The notes under the pieces: model-generated
Databases searched by the model: none
Told to the model about the DNA's origin: nothing
What the model saw: the letters and a program-made list of their open reading frames with translations, nothing else
Translations under genes and position numbers: made by a program
Part shown: one piece after another, positions 15,424 through 24,592 of the stretch
How the letters are laid out: every line of letters begins with the position of its first letter
Numbering within the stretch: position 1 is the first letter of the stretch
Origin: a virus
Lineage: Duplodnaviria > Caudoviricetes
Strand: one strand, 5' to 3'
Virus record (IMG/VR): IMGVR_UViG_3300048589_001640
Location: 1-24,874 of that record
Length of the DNA stretch: 24,874 nt

Positions 15424-15945
15424 ATGGCGCGAACCGCAGCAAAGGCCGGCGACCATGACGCCGCCGGCACCATCCCGATCGAGGTTGCTGCCAAGCTGTT
15501 AATGGTCACGCCGGAATGGGTCCGGCGACTGACCAAGGAGGGCTGGATCGCGAAGACCGATCGTGGCCGCTACCGCGTGGTCGATGTGGTGCAGGGCTAT
15601 ATCCGGTTCCTGAAAGACGAAGCCCGGCGCTCGAGCAAGACGGCGTCTCATAACCGGCTGCAGGATATTCGCACCCGTAAGGAGGAACTGGCGGTCGCGC
15701 AGACAGAGCGCGAGCTCGTGCCTCTGGTGGAAGCCATGACATTGGTGGACGAAGTGGCGGGCGTTGTAGTCGCCCGGGTCAACGCGATTCCGGCGCGCTT
15801 GACCCGCAACATCGAGCAGCGGGAGCAGTTGCAGCGAGAAGTGGATGATGCGCTCACCGAAGTGGCCGATCGCATCGCAAAACTCCGTCGTTCTTATCGA
15901 TCGGGCGACGAGAATCCTGCGCCCGAGGAGGAAGGTATCGACTGA
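15424..15945 (+). CDS. terS: Terminase small subunit (Nu1-like)
   Basis: N-terminal winged HTH (AAKLLMVTPEWVRRL..EG), VQGYIRFL, coiled coil; overlaps the large subunit gene. Confidence 0.82.
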   Translation: MARTAAKAGDHDAAGTIPIEVAAKLLMVTPEWVRRLTKEGWIAKTDRGRYRVVDVVQGYIRFLKDEARRSSKTASHNRLQDIRTRKEELAVAQTERELVPLVEAMTLVDEVAGVVVARVNAIPARLTRNIEQREQLQREVDDALTEVADRIAKLRRSYRSGDENPAPEEEGID

Positions 15946-17878
15946 CGTTTGGGCGCGCGAGAACCGGGTTTATCCGCTCTCCTCGGGCCGGCCCGGACCA
16001 AAGGACCCGGCGCTGACGCCTTACATGATCCCGTTCATGCGGGCCTTCGAGGATGCCCGCTACAACACCGTGGTGTTTGTCTGTGGCGGCCAGATGGGCA
16101 AGACCGATAGTGTGATCGACGTGATCCTGTCGCGGCTCGATCAGCGTCCGGTGCCTATCATCTACGCAGGGCCGGATCGCAATTTCGTGACCGATCAGTT
16201 CGAGCCGCGGTTCGATGATGCGCTTAACCGGTCGCCGAGTCTGTCCATCAAGCTGGCGCGCGGCAAGAAAAACAAGAAGACCCGCAAGATCGTTTCCGGC
16301 GTCCCGGTGCGTCTGGCCTGGGCAGGCTCGGCGAACCAGCTCAAGTCGGATCCGGCGGGACTAGCCATCGTCGACGAACGCGATGGCATGGCCAAAAACA
16401 TCAAGGGCGAAGGCGATCCTGTGCGCCTCCTCGAGGTCCGCGGCGATACCCATGCGGACTTCACGCTTGGGGTAACGTCAACGCCGACTGAGGGCACGGT
16501 CGAGATCGAGAACGACGAGGCAACCGGGCTCAAATTCTGGAAGGCGGTCGACCAGGATGACATCGAGACGCTGGATAGCCCGATCTGGAAGCTCTGGCAG
16601 CGCGGGACCCGCTACCACTGGGCCTGGCCGTGTCCGCACTGCGAGGACTATTTCATCCCTCGGTTCGACTGCCTGGTCATCCCGAAGATCGACATCACGC
16701 CCAAGGGCGGCAAGGAGACTATCGAACGCGACGCCACCGCGATCGAGGCGCGTCGGCAGGCTTTTCTGCAATGTCCCAATTGTGGCGGTGTCATCGAGGA
16801 AAAGCACAAGTTCGAGATGAATGCTCACGGCATCTATGTGGCGCCAGGGCAGCGGATCGAACCGAACGGCGATGTGACCGGCGATCCGCCGGAGGGCACG
16901 ACCCTGAGCTTCTGGGTCTCGGGGCTTGCGTCGCCTTTCGTGTCGTTCGGCGAGCGGGCCGGCCGCTATGTCGAAGCGTTGAACTCGGGCGACCAGGAAG
17001 AAGTCCAGACCGTCATCAATGGCGGCTTTGGCGAATTGTGGGCGCCGGCCGGCGGTGACGCACCGGAATGGGCCGACGTGGCGCAGCTAAAGCTGCCCTA
17101 TCAGTCGCGCGATATCCCGGCCGGTGTGCTGCTGCTGACCGCCGGGATCGACGTGCAGAAGAACCGGCTGGTCACCGTGGTCCGCGGCTGGGGCGTGCGC
17201 CAGGAAAGCTGGTTGATCGAGCAGAATGAGATCTGGGGCGAGACCGAGCACGGCGATGTCTGGGTCGATCTGGCCGAGATGCTGGCACGCCCGTTCGGCG
17301 ATCTTCTGATCCGCCGTGCCTTCATCGATTCCGGCTTTCGTCCCGGCAAGAAAGATGAGGTGCCAGAGCATCGAGTCTACGAGTTCTGCCGGCGGCACGC
17401 ACGCGTTGTTTATGCGGTGAAGGGGTTCGACCATCGCGACCAGCCGCTGTCGGTCAAGCGCATCGACGTGACGCCCAAGGGCAAGGCTGCCAAGTACGGT
17501 CTTGATCTGGTTCGTCTCGACAGCGACTTCTTCAAATCTTGGGTGCATGAACGCGTGCGCTGGCCGGACGATCAGCCCGGCGGCTGGCATCTGCCAAGCG
17601 ACACCACGGAGGCCTATTGCCGGCAGATCGTCTCCGAAGGCCGGGTCAAGAAGCCTTCCGGCGGCTACACTTGGATACAGCGCTCGCGCGACAACCACTT
17701 TCTCGACTGCGAGGCGATGGCTTATGCGGCGGCTTATATGCTGGGCGTGCAACGCATCGCCGACACGGCGCAGCCGCGACAGCCAAAGCCGAAAGCAAGA
17801 CTACAAACCGAAACCGTGCAGCCGGTGAAGCCTGTGACCAGCGTCGCCGCCTTGGCGCGGCTCAACATGGGCCGATGA
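15845..17878 (+). CDS. terL: Terminase large subunit, lambda gpA family (start uncertain)
   Basis: TPYM, Walker A GQMGKT, IVDERD, STPT, CPHC/CPNC, AGIDVQ nuclease motif, NHFLDCEAMA. Confidence 0.95.
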   Translation: MMRSPKWPIASQNSVVLIDRATRILRPRRKVSTDVWARENRVYPLSSGRPGPKDPALTPYMIPFMRAFEDARYNTVVFVCGGQMGKTDSVIDVILSRLDQRPVPIIYAGPDRNFVTDQFEPRFDDALNRSPSLSIKLARGKKNKKTRKIVSGVPVRLAWAGSANQLKSDPAGLAIVDERDGMAKNIKGEGDPVRLLEVRGDTHADFTLGVTSTPTEGTVEIENDEATGLKFWKAVDQDDIETLDSPIWKLWQRGTRYHWAWPCPHCEDYFIPRFDCLVIPKIDITPKGGKETIERDATAIEARRQAFLQCPNCGGVIEEKHKFEMNAHGIYVAPGQRIEPNGDVTGDPPEGTTLSFWVSGLASPFVSFGERAGRYVEALNSGDQEEVQTVINGGFGELWAPAGGDAPEWADVAQLKLPYQSRDIPAGVLLLTAGIDVQKNRLVTVVRGWGVRQESWLIEQNEIWGETEHGDVWVDLAEMLARPFGDLLIRRAFIDSGFRPGKKDEVPEHRVYEFCRRHARVVYAVKGFDHRDQPLSVKRIDVTPKGKAAKYGLDLVRLDSDFFKSWVHERVRWPDDQPGGWHLPSDTTEAYCRQIVSEGRVKKPSGGYTWIQRSRDNHFLDCEAMAYAAAYMLGVQRIADTAQPRQPKPKARLQTETVQPVKPVTSVAALARLNMGR

Positions 17879-17881
17879 AAC

Positions 17882-18106
17882 ATGGCGACGACAGCGGAGA
17901 TCACGCTCTGGCGCGCACGACTCGCCGAGGCCGAGGCCGCGCTGCATGCGGTTGTCGTTCAAGGTAGCGTCGCGCGGATGCGCCATGGCGACAAGAGCAT
18001 GGAATGGAACGCGCAGAATGTCAGCACACTGCGCGGCTACATCGCTGAGCTGCGGAGCAAACTGGGACTGAACGGTCGCGGCTTTGCCCGCCGGGTGAGT
18101 TTCTGA
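17882..18106 (+). CDS. Head-tail joining protein, gpW family
   Basis: 74 aa between TerL and portal; LAEAEAALH.V..G........G....W......LRGYIAEL. Confidence 0.85.
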   Translation: MATTAEITLWRARLAEAEAALHAVVVQGSVARMRHGDKSMEWNAQNVSTLRGYIAELRSKLGLNGRGFARRVSF

Positions 18107-19713
18107 TGGCAAGTCTCCTCGGGCCCGACGGCAGTCCCGTGAAAGTCCCGGCCGCGCCGCGTTCCACAGCGCGCATGCTGGCGGCCGGCTATGCCGGCGC
18201 TTCGGTTGCCGATCCGGATCTGGCGCAATGGCGCCCGCCCTTGTGGTCGGCGCAGACGGCGCTGTCGCCGGATCGTCCGGTGCTGGCGGCGCGGATCCAT
18301 GATCTCGCCCGCAACGACGGCTGGGCGTCGGGCGGTGTCACCCGGCAAGTCGATGCCGTGATCGGCGCCGGCTGGCGCTTGTCGTCGAAACCCAATGCGC
18401 GCTCGCTGAAGATCGATCCGGATGTTGCCTCGGATCTGGCCTCCGACATCGAGGCAGCCTGGAAGGATTTTGCCGAGGACCCCGATTGCTGGTGTGACGC
18501 CGGCCGGCGCATGACCATGGGCGGGCTCCTCGCGCTGGCGTTCCGTCATCGACTGATGGATGGCGAGGCGCTCGCCGCCATTCTCTGGCTGCCGCGCGGC
18601 GGACGTTATGCAACTGCGGTTCAGGTCATCGATCCGGACCGGCTGTCGAATCCCTATAACGCGGTCGATAACTACTGGCGCCGGCAGGGCATCGAGCTCG
18701 GTGAGCACGGCGAGCCGGTCGCCTATCACATTCGCCGGTCGCATCCTGGCGACCAGAACGTGTTCAACCCGATGTTCTGGACCTGGGAGCGGATCCCGCG
18801 CGAAACCAGTTTCGGCCGCCGGGTGGTGGTGCACGCCTTCGAGCCGGGCCGCGCCGGCCAGTATCGTGGCGTCTCGGTGCTGGCGCCGATCGTCAAGCGG
18901 CTGCGCATGCTCGGGCGCTACGATGAGGCCGAACTGCAGGCTGCCGTGCTGAACGCAGTGATGGCGGCATTTGTCGAAAGCCCGTTCGATCATGACCAGT
19001 TTGCATCGGCACTGGGAGGCGGCGAGGAGTTGTCGGCCTACCAGCAGCAGCGCCTCGACTATTACCAGGCCGCACCGATCAATGTCGGCGGCGCCAAGAT
19101 CGCGTTCACCTTCCCGGGCGAGAAGGTCACACTGACCAAGCCGAACCATCCCAACAGCGTATTCGAAGCCTTCGAGCGCGCGAGCCTGCGCAATGTCGCA
19201 GCCGCCATGGGCATGACCTATGAACAGCTGTCGATGGACTGGGGCCAGGTCAACTATTCCTCGGCGCGCGCGGCTCTGCTCGAAGTCTGGCGCGGCTTCA
19301 CCGCCCGCAAGGAGCACTTCGCGCAAGCTTTTATGGCGCCGATCTATGCTGGCTGGCTGGAAGAAGCTATCGACCGTGGCGTCGTAACACTGCCCAAGGG
19401 GGCGCCCGATTTCCCGCAGGCCAAGGCCGCCTATTGCGCGGCCAAATGGATCGGTCCCGGCCGCGGCTGGGTCGATCCGCACAAGGAGGCGACGGCTGCG
19501 ACCGAGCGCTTGGCGGCGGGCCTCTCGACGCTTGAGCGCGAATGCGCCGAACAGGGCGAGGATTATCTCGAGACGATCCAGCAGCGGGCGCGCGAGCGAA
19601 AAGAAATGCTGGCGCTTGGGCTCGACCCCGACGCGATGTTCGATCGTAAGGCTGCGCCATCCGGTGACAATGAAGAAGATTTACCAGCCAATCGGCAAAA
19701 GGCGCTGGCATGA
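18106..19713 (+). CDS. Portal protein, lambda family
   Basis: RIHDLARNDGWASG, DGEALA, GEPVAYH, GQYRGVS, NYSSARA and WVDPHKE motifs. Confidence 0.95.
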   Translation: MASLLGPDGSPVKVPAAPRSTARMLAAGYAGASVADPDLAQWRPPLWSAQTALSPDRPVLAARIHDLARNDGWASGGVTRQVDAVIGAGWRLSSKPNARSLKIDPDVASDLASDIEAAWKDFAEDPDCWCDAGRRMTMGGLLALAFRHRLMDGEALAAILWLPRGGRYATAVQVIDPDRLSNPYNAVDNYWRRQGIELGEHGEPVAYHIRRSHPGDQNVFNPMFWTWERIPRETSFGRRVVVHAFEPGRAGQYRGVSVLAPIVKRLRMLGRYDEAELQAAVLNAVMAAFVESPFDHDQFASALGGGEELSAYQQQRLDYYQAAPINVGGAKIAFTFPGEKVTLTKPNHPNSVFEAFERASLRNVAAAMGMTYEQLSMDWGQVNYSSARAALLEVWRGFTARKEHFAQAFMAPIYAGWLEEAIDRGVVTLPKGAPDFPQAKAAYCAAKWIGPGRGWVDPHKEATAATERLAAGLSTLERECAEQGEDYLETIQQRARERKEMLALGLDPDAMFDRKAAPSGDNEEDLPANRQKALA

Positions 19714-20630
19714 TCTTACGCCCTGAACTGGCCGCGCGTGTGTTCAACACGCCACTCTTGATGCATCCGGGCAAGCTCGATGCTGCGCTCGCCGGCATCG
19801 GCGGACGGATCGTCGAGGGCGGTGTGGTGCTGGAGGGCGTCGGCGAACGCGTCGATCATGCGGCGTTTGAGAATGGCCGGCCGTCAGCTGGTCGCATCGG
19901 CGATCGTACCGGTCGGCGATATGACGCCAACGGGTCAGCCATGTTCGACACGATCGATGGGGTCGCGCTGATCCCGATCGAAGGCACGCTGGTGCACAAG
20001 GGCGCCTATGTCGGCGCCATGTCCGGGCGGACTTCCTATGAGGGACTGCAGGCGCAGGTGCTGCGATCTTTACGCAATCCCGCGATCAAGGCCGCGGTGT
20101 TCGAGGTCGACAGTTTTGGCGGCGAGCTTGCCGGCGCTTTTGAGACCGCCGATCTAATCGCCCGGCTGTCGGCCGAAAAGCCAACGCTAGCCATTCTGAC
20201 CGATCATGCCCTGTCGGCCGGCTACCTTCTGGCTTCAGCGGCGCGCCAGATCGTCATGCCCGAACACGGTCGCGCCGGCTCGATCGGCGTGGTGACCTTG
20301 CATGCCGACTGGTCGAAAGCGCTTGAGCAGCAGGGCGTGAAGGTCACGGTGCTGCGGGCGGGGGCCCAAAAAATGGCTGGAAACCCCTACGAGGCGCTCT
20401 CCGACGAGGTTGCCCAGCGAATGGTCGGCGATCTCCAAGAAGCAAGGCAGACGTTCGCCGAGAGCGTTGGGCGTTTCCGTGGTTCGCGTTTCACCGCGCA
20501 AGCCGCCTTGGCGACTGAGGCGCAGGACTATCGCGGCCGGGATGCGGTTGGGCTCGGGCTCGCCGACGCCATCGGTCATGCACTGGAGGCCTTCGACGGC
20601 TTCGTGAAAGCGATCAAGGCCAGACATTAG
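19710..20630 (+). CDS. S49-family prohead protease (gpC-like)
   Basis: IPIEGTLV, DSFGGE, ALSAGYLLAS, GSIGV, AGAQK..GNPY. Confidence 0.92.
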   Translation: MILRPELAARVFNTPLLMHPGKLDAALAGIGGRIVEGGVVLEGVGERVDHAAFENGRPSAGRIGDRTGRRYDANGSAMFDTIDGVALIPIEGTLVHKGAYVGAMSGRTSYEGLQAQVLRSLRNPAIKAAVFEVDSFGGELAGAFETADLIARLSAEKPTLAILTDHALSAGYLLASAARQIVMPEHGRAGSIGVVTLHADWSKALEQQGVKVTVLRAGAQKMAGNPYEALSDEVAQRMVGDLQEARQTFAESVGRFRGSRFTAQAALATEAQDYRGRDAVGLGLADAIGHALEAFDGFVKAIKARH

Positions 20631-20639
20631 GAGACAGCA

Positions 20640-21089
20640 ATGCGAGACGTAATCCTGGCCGCCGCGGGCGCTGCGGCCGAAAGCGAAGCCGCGCCCCCCC
20701 GTGAACTGGCAGAACCGGTCCAGGCCGGCAATGACGTCGCGGCCCAACTGAGTGAAGCGCGTTCAGCGGGTGCCACCGAGGGTGCGCAGCGTGGCGGCTT
20801 GGCGGAACGGGATCGGATAAAAGGCATTCTGACGAGTGAAGCTGCGAAGGGCCGCGAAAACCTTGCTCAGTACTTTGCCTTCGAGACCGCGTTCCCTGCA
20901 GAGGTCGCGCTCGCAGCCCTCGCCAAGTCACCGGCGGCCAAGGGAAGTCTCGACGAAGCTATGGCGCGGGAGGTGCAACCGAAGCTCGGCTCCGGCGGCG
21001 AGCGGACAACCAATCAGCCGCCACGCGTGATCAGCACCGAAGACGTTTATGCGCGCCGGCGAGCAGCGGTGGCTGCCGCGTCCAAGTAA
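20640..21089 (+). CDS. Capsid scaffolding protein (Nu3-like)
   Basis: AGGAGA RBS; Ala-rich; AERDRIKGIL...A.GRE.LA resembles the lambda gpC/Nu3 C-terminal region. Confidence 0.72.
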   Translation: MRDVILAAAGAAAESEAAPPRELAEPVQAGNDVAAQLSEARSAGATEGAQRGGLAERDRIKGILTSEAAKGRENLAQYFAFETAFPAEVALAALAKSPAAKGSLDEAMAREVQPKLGSGGERTTNQPPRVISTEDVYARRRAAVAAASK

Positions 21090-21145
21090 AGCACGGCGTG
21101 ACACGGTCGTGTGGAGCACTGGAGGCGAGCTGGCGTTTCCGCTTC

Positions 21146-21361
21146 ATGCAACGCCGGTCAATTCCTCTCGGTTCATACTTCATGGTCGTAGGCCCGGCCC
21201 TGCTAGCGGTTCTTTTGGCGATCTCTTCATGGTTGGAACCAGAACCGAGGCAGGGATTGGGTCTGGAAATTTCGTCGGCGCACGCGGCAGATGTTTCTGA
21301 AACGTCAGAAGCGGATGAGGACACGATCTTCGACAGGATCCGCGCTCTTCCGATAAGGTAG
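21146..21361 (+). CDS. Small single-pass membrane protein (accessory)
   Basis: Hydrophobic stretch PLGSYFMVVGPALLAVLLAISSWL followed by an acidic tail; start uncertain. Confidence 0.45.
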   Translation: MQRRSIPLGSYFMVVGPALLAVLLAISSWLEPEPRQGLGLEISSAHAADVSETSEADEDTIFDRIRALPIR

Positions 21362-21385
21362 AGACTTTGAACGAGAGCTTTATGT

Positions 21386-21404
21386 CCGTCCTCTACGAGG
21401 ACGG
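21386..21404. terminator. Hairpin between convergent accessory genes, possible terminator
   Basis: CCGTCCTC-tac-GAGGACGG, perfect 8-bp stem; no strong U-tract. Confidence 0.4.
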
Positions 21405-21427
21405 CTCCGACCAAGGCTTAATGTTCA

Positions 21428-21802
21428 CTATATGAAGCGTTTGGCCCACCACAGCGTGAGGCCAATACTCAGCACCCAAAGTCCGACGATAATAGCCGCA
21501 CCTATCCTGCTGACCGGCCGATCTTGAGCTGCCACCGCAAGAGCACGGTGTTCAGCCATGATGTCGGGTGGCACAAGTCTTATTACCAACGCAATGCCCG
21601 CTGGCACGATAATCAGATCATCCAGGTATCCAAGGACAGGAATGAAATCTGGGATTAGGTCGATAGGCGATAGCGCATAAGCCGCGACAGCGAGTGCCAA
21701 CGCTTTGGCGTACCAAGGGACCCGAGGATCACGGGCGGCGAGATAAAGAGCATGTGCATCTCGCTTGACGAGGCGCGCCCAATGCGTCCAGCGCTCTAAC
21801 AT
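21428..21802 (-). CDS. YkvA/DUF1232-family membrane protein (accessory, opposite strand)
   Basis: DPRVPWYAK...YALSPIDLIPDFIPVLGYLDD signature; GAGG RBS before ATG 21802. Confidence 0.92.
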   Translation of the reverse strand: MLERWTHWARLVKRDAHALYLAARDPRVPWYAKALALAVAAYALSPIDLIPDFIPVLGYLDDLIIVPAGIALVIRLVPPDIMAEHRALAVAAQDRPVSRIGAAIIVGLWVLSIGLTLWWAKRFI

Positions 21803-21951
21803 CGAATCGTTCCTCACCCGCAAACGCGGAAAGAAAACTCGCGAGATGCTCTGCCCTTCATGCGGCAGTACGAGTCAATTCGTCAAGCATAAGGGCTCAG
21901 CTTCAAGACCAGCGCGTCCGCACCGATCGATGCGGCGAACAGGAGAACTTT

Positions 21952-22326
21952 ATGACCGTGCTCTCTGAGATCCCCCATGACGGTAACTTCATCCTTTCCG
22001 AAGATGCCGAGGGTCGGTTGTCGCGCGACCGAATCGTGATTGCCTCGGGCGCTGGGAAGCTTTTACCCGGCACCGTGCTCGGTCAGGTGACCGCAAGCAG
22101 CAAATTTGTGCCATCGCCGGAAACCGCCGCCGATGGCTCGGAGACAGCGTCGGCCATCCTGGTCGGCCATGTTGATGCGACAGACGCCGACGCGCTCGCC
22201 GTCGGCGTGATGCGCCATGCCGAAGTGAACCGCTTCGGGCTCATCTACGACGCCAGTGTCGATGACGACGCCAAAAAATCCGCCAAGTGGGATCAGCTGC
22301 GCGCAGCAGGCATCGTGGTGCGCTGA
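21952..22326 (+). CDS. Head decoration protein (gpD/HDPD-like)
   Basis: SRD.I.IASGAG.L.PGTVLG, DGSETASAIL and L.AAGIVVR; AGGAG RBS; lies before the major capsid gene. Confidence 0.88.
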   Translation: MTVLSEIPHDGNFILSEDAEGRLSRDRIVIASGAGKLLPGTVLGQVTASSKFVPSPETAADGSETASAILVGHVDATDADALAVGVMRHAEVNRFGLIYDASVDDDAKKSAKWDQLRAAGIVVR

Positions 22327-22348
22327 GGATCGAGAACGCAAGGAATAG

Positions 22349-23377
22349 ATGATGGAACAGATCCTCGACGTCTTTAACAACGACGCCTTCAACTTTGTGT
22401 CGCTGACCGACTCGATCAACAAGCTTCCCTTCGTGCCGGGTCGGCTCGGCTCGCTCGGTCTTTTCAACGAAGCACCCGTGCCGACGACCTCGATCGCGAT
22501 CGAAGAGCAGGCCGGAATCCTGACGCTGGTCAATCCGACGCCGCGTGGCGGACCCGGCGAGACCCGCCCTAAACCTTTGCGGCGGGCCCGGATCTTAAAA
22601 GTCCCGCACTATCAGCTGGACGACAATGTGCTGGCTGAAGAAGTGCAAAATGTCCGTGAATTCGGACCGCAGATGCAGTCCCGGTCTGTCGAGACCTATC
22701 TCGCAGGCCGCATGGAGATGTTCACAGCTCAGCTCGACGTCACGACCGAATTCCAGCGGGTCGGCGCCATCAAGGGTTTGATCGTCGACCGCGACGGTAA
22801 CACGATCTACGACCTCTATTCGGAATTCGGCGTTACTGCGGTCGCGCCGGTCAATTTCGCTCTCGGCAGCGCCAACACAGCTGTGCGCAAGAAGTGCAGT
22901 CAGCTGGTACGCACCATGTCGCAAACGCTTGGCGGGGTTGCCTTCACCAGCGTCTATGCGCTCTGCGGCGACACCTTCTGGGACGACCTGATCGAGCACG
23001 CCGAGGTGCGCGATACCTATCGCTACCAGGAGGGTGTCCGACTGCGGGAAGGCGTGGTGTTCTCCACGCTTAAATACGGCGGCATCACCTTCGAAAATTA
23101 CCGCGGCTGGATCGGTGGCGGCACCGACGCGGGCGACACCATAACCCCGTTTATCGATCCCAACGAGGCGCACTTCTTCCCGCTGGGCACACCGAACCTG
23201 TTCAAGACGTTCTTTGCGCCAGCGGATTATATCGAGACCGTCAACACGCTTGGTCTGCCGCGCTACGCCAAGGCGATCCCGTCGGACAACAACAAGTCCA
23301 TTCGCCTCGAAATGCAGACCAATCCGTTGTCGCTGTGCCTTCGACCGCGGGCGCTGATCAAAGGCCTGCACCACTGA
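22349..23377 (+). CDS. Major capsid protein, lambda E family
   Basis: LTDSINKLP.VP.RL..LGLF, T.EFQRVGAIKG, FAPADYIETVNTLGLP.Y, QTNPL.LC.RP.AL. Confidence 0.93.
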   Translation: MMEQILDVFNNDAFNFVSLTDSINKLPFVPGRLGSLGLFNEAPVPTTSIAIEEQAGILTLVNPTPRGGPGETRPKPLRRARILKVPHYQLDDNVLAEEVQNVREFGPQMQSRSVETYLAGRMEMFTAQLDVTTEFQRVGAIKGLIVDRDGNTIYDLYSEFGVTAVAPVNFALGSANTAVRKKCSQLVRTMSQTLGGVAFTSVYALCGDTFWDDLIEHAEVRDTYRYQEGVRLREGVVFSTLKYGGITFENYRGWIGGGTDAGDTITPFIDPNEAHFFPLGTPNLFKTFFAPADYIETVNTLGLPRYAKAIPSDNNKSIRLEMQTNPLSLCLRPRALIKGLHH

Positions 23378-23381
23378 GCCG

Positions 23382-23777
23382 ATGTCGAAGTTCTTTGAGG
23401 CATGGAGTTCGCGGCAGCCCCAGCTTGACGCTGTCTTTGCCGAAACCATCAGCCTCGTGCCGACGAGGCCGGGCGGCTATGCGGAAGGTGCGCCCGATCC
23501 GGATCGCGCCGAACGGCAAGTGCTCGCGATCATCACCGAACGGCCGGATCGCATGCGTACGGTCCAGAATGCGGTGGGTCGCGACTTCGACCGCGCCATT
23601 GTGATGGCCGACACCATCGCCAGCATCGATACGACGAGGCTTGGCGGCGAGTGGCCGAAGGTCGGTGATCGCGTGATCCTGCTCGATCGGCCGGACCAGC
23701 CGGCCTTCGAGATCACAGTCGTGGAAAGCGATGGCCTCGTGCGTGTTCTTCTGTCGCTTATACGGATCACGACATGA
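23382..23777 (+). CDS. Putative head-tail joining protein (gpFII-like)
   Basis: Position after the major capsid gene; D.VFAE, PKVGDRV and FEIT.V..DG beta-rich pattern. Confidence 0.65.
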   Translation: MSKFFEAWSSRQPQLDAVFAETISLVPTRPGGYAEGAPDPDRAERQVLAIITERPDRMRTVQNAVGRDFDRAIVMADTIASIDTTRLGGEWPKVGDRVILLDRPDQPAFEITVVESDGLVRVLLSLIRITT

Positions 23778-24583
23778 GCCTTGCAGTCGCGGCAATCAAG
23801 ATCGTGGCGCTGCGCGCGCTCAAAGGCAGGACCTCCGCGGGTCAGGCCGTGTTCGACAGCGCGGTGGAACCGTTCGATGCGCTGCGCGACCAGGGGGCGC
23901 CGGTGATTGTGATCTACTGCGACAGCGGCAAGCGGCAGGTTACGGGACGTGAGCTGTTCAGCGCGCCGCAGGTCATCGAACTGTCGATCGACATGTTCGT
24001 GGCGCAGGCGGTCATCGTCGATGCCGGCGAGACCGAAATCCGGATCCCGGCCTCGGACGAAGGCAACGAGGTGTATCTGCGAAGCCTGGCCTACGAGGTC
24101 GAGAAGGTGCTCCTTGCCGAAACATCGGTTTGGCCTTCGCTGTTTCGTAGGCTCTGGTTTCGGACTGGACCGCAGGACTTCTGCGAATGGGACCGCGGCG
24201 CCATCGCCGACAAGGGCCGCCGCCAAGCGCTGCTGCGTGCGGTATATAAAGTGGAGCCGGTCGCGGAACCCCTCCCCGGCGCCGAACCGACCGGTGTGTG
24301 GGCCGATCTCCTGACCGCGATGGAAGCCGACGTCGAGCTCCAAGATATCGCCCGATACTGGCGGCAACTCATCGCCGGCACGGTCATTCCGGACTGGCAG
24401 CAGGCCCGGGTCGCGCTGGGGCTGACGGATATTCGGGGCATCGGGCTTGGTCTGATCCTGAACGACTCGACGCCGGATGAGGAAGCAGCTCCGCTCGTAG
24501 GCGCAACGCTTAAGTTTTCGGGCGGCACGTTCGAAGCAAATGCGGACAGCGCGAGCGACGCGCTTGGACCGCAGGAGCCTTAA
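23774..24583 (+). CDS. Phage structural protein, possibly tail terminator-like
   Basis: ATGA overlap; AL.GRT.AG..VFDS...P......PVIVIY.D N-terminus; position between the head-tail gene and the baseplate gene. Confidence 0.55.
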   Translation: MSLAVAAIKIVALRALKGRTSAGQAVFDSAVEPFDALRDQGAPVIVIYCDSGKRQVTGRELFSAPQVIELSIDMFVAQAVIVDAGETEIRIPASDEGNEVYLRSLAYEVEKVLLAETSVWPSLFRRLWFRTGPQDFCEWDRGAIADKGRRQALLRAVYKVEPVAEPLPGAEPTGVWADLLTAMEADVELQDIARYWRQLIAGTVIPDWQQARVALGLTDIRGIGLGLILNDSTPDEEAAPLVGATLKFSGGTFEANADSASDALGPQEP

Positions 24584-24592
24584 GGACGGGCG

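Noticed and set aside
18037-19482. 481-aa minus-strand ORF (likewise 3786-4895, 4258-5472, 7943-9058, 22595-23449, 23477-24769)
   Set aside because: Antisense shadows of well-supported plus-strand genes in GC-rich DNA; no recognisable motifs.
20694-20700. C7 run in the scaffold gene as a slippage site
   Set aside because: The frame is intact and such runs are expected at this GC content.
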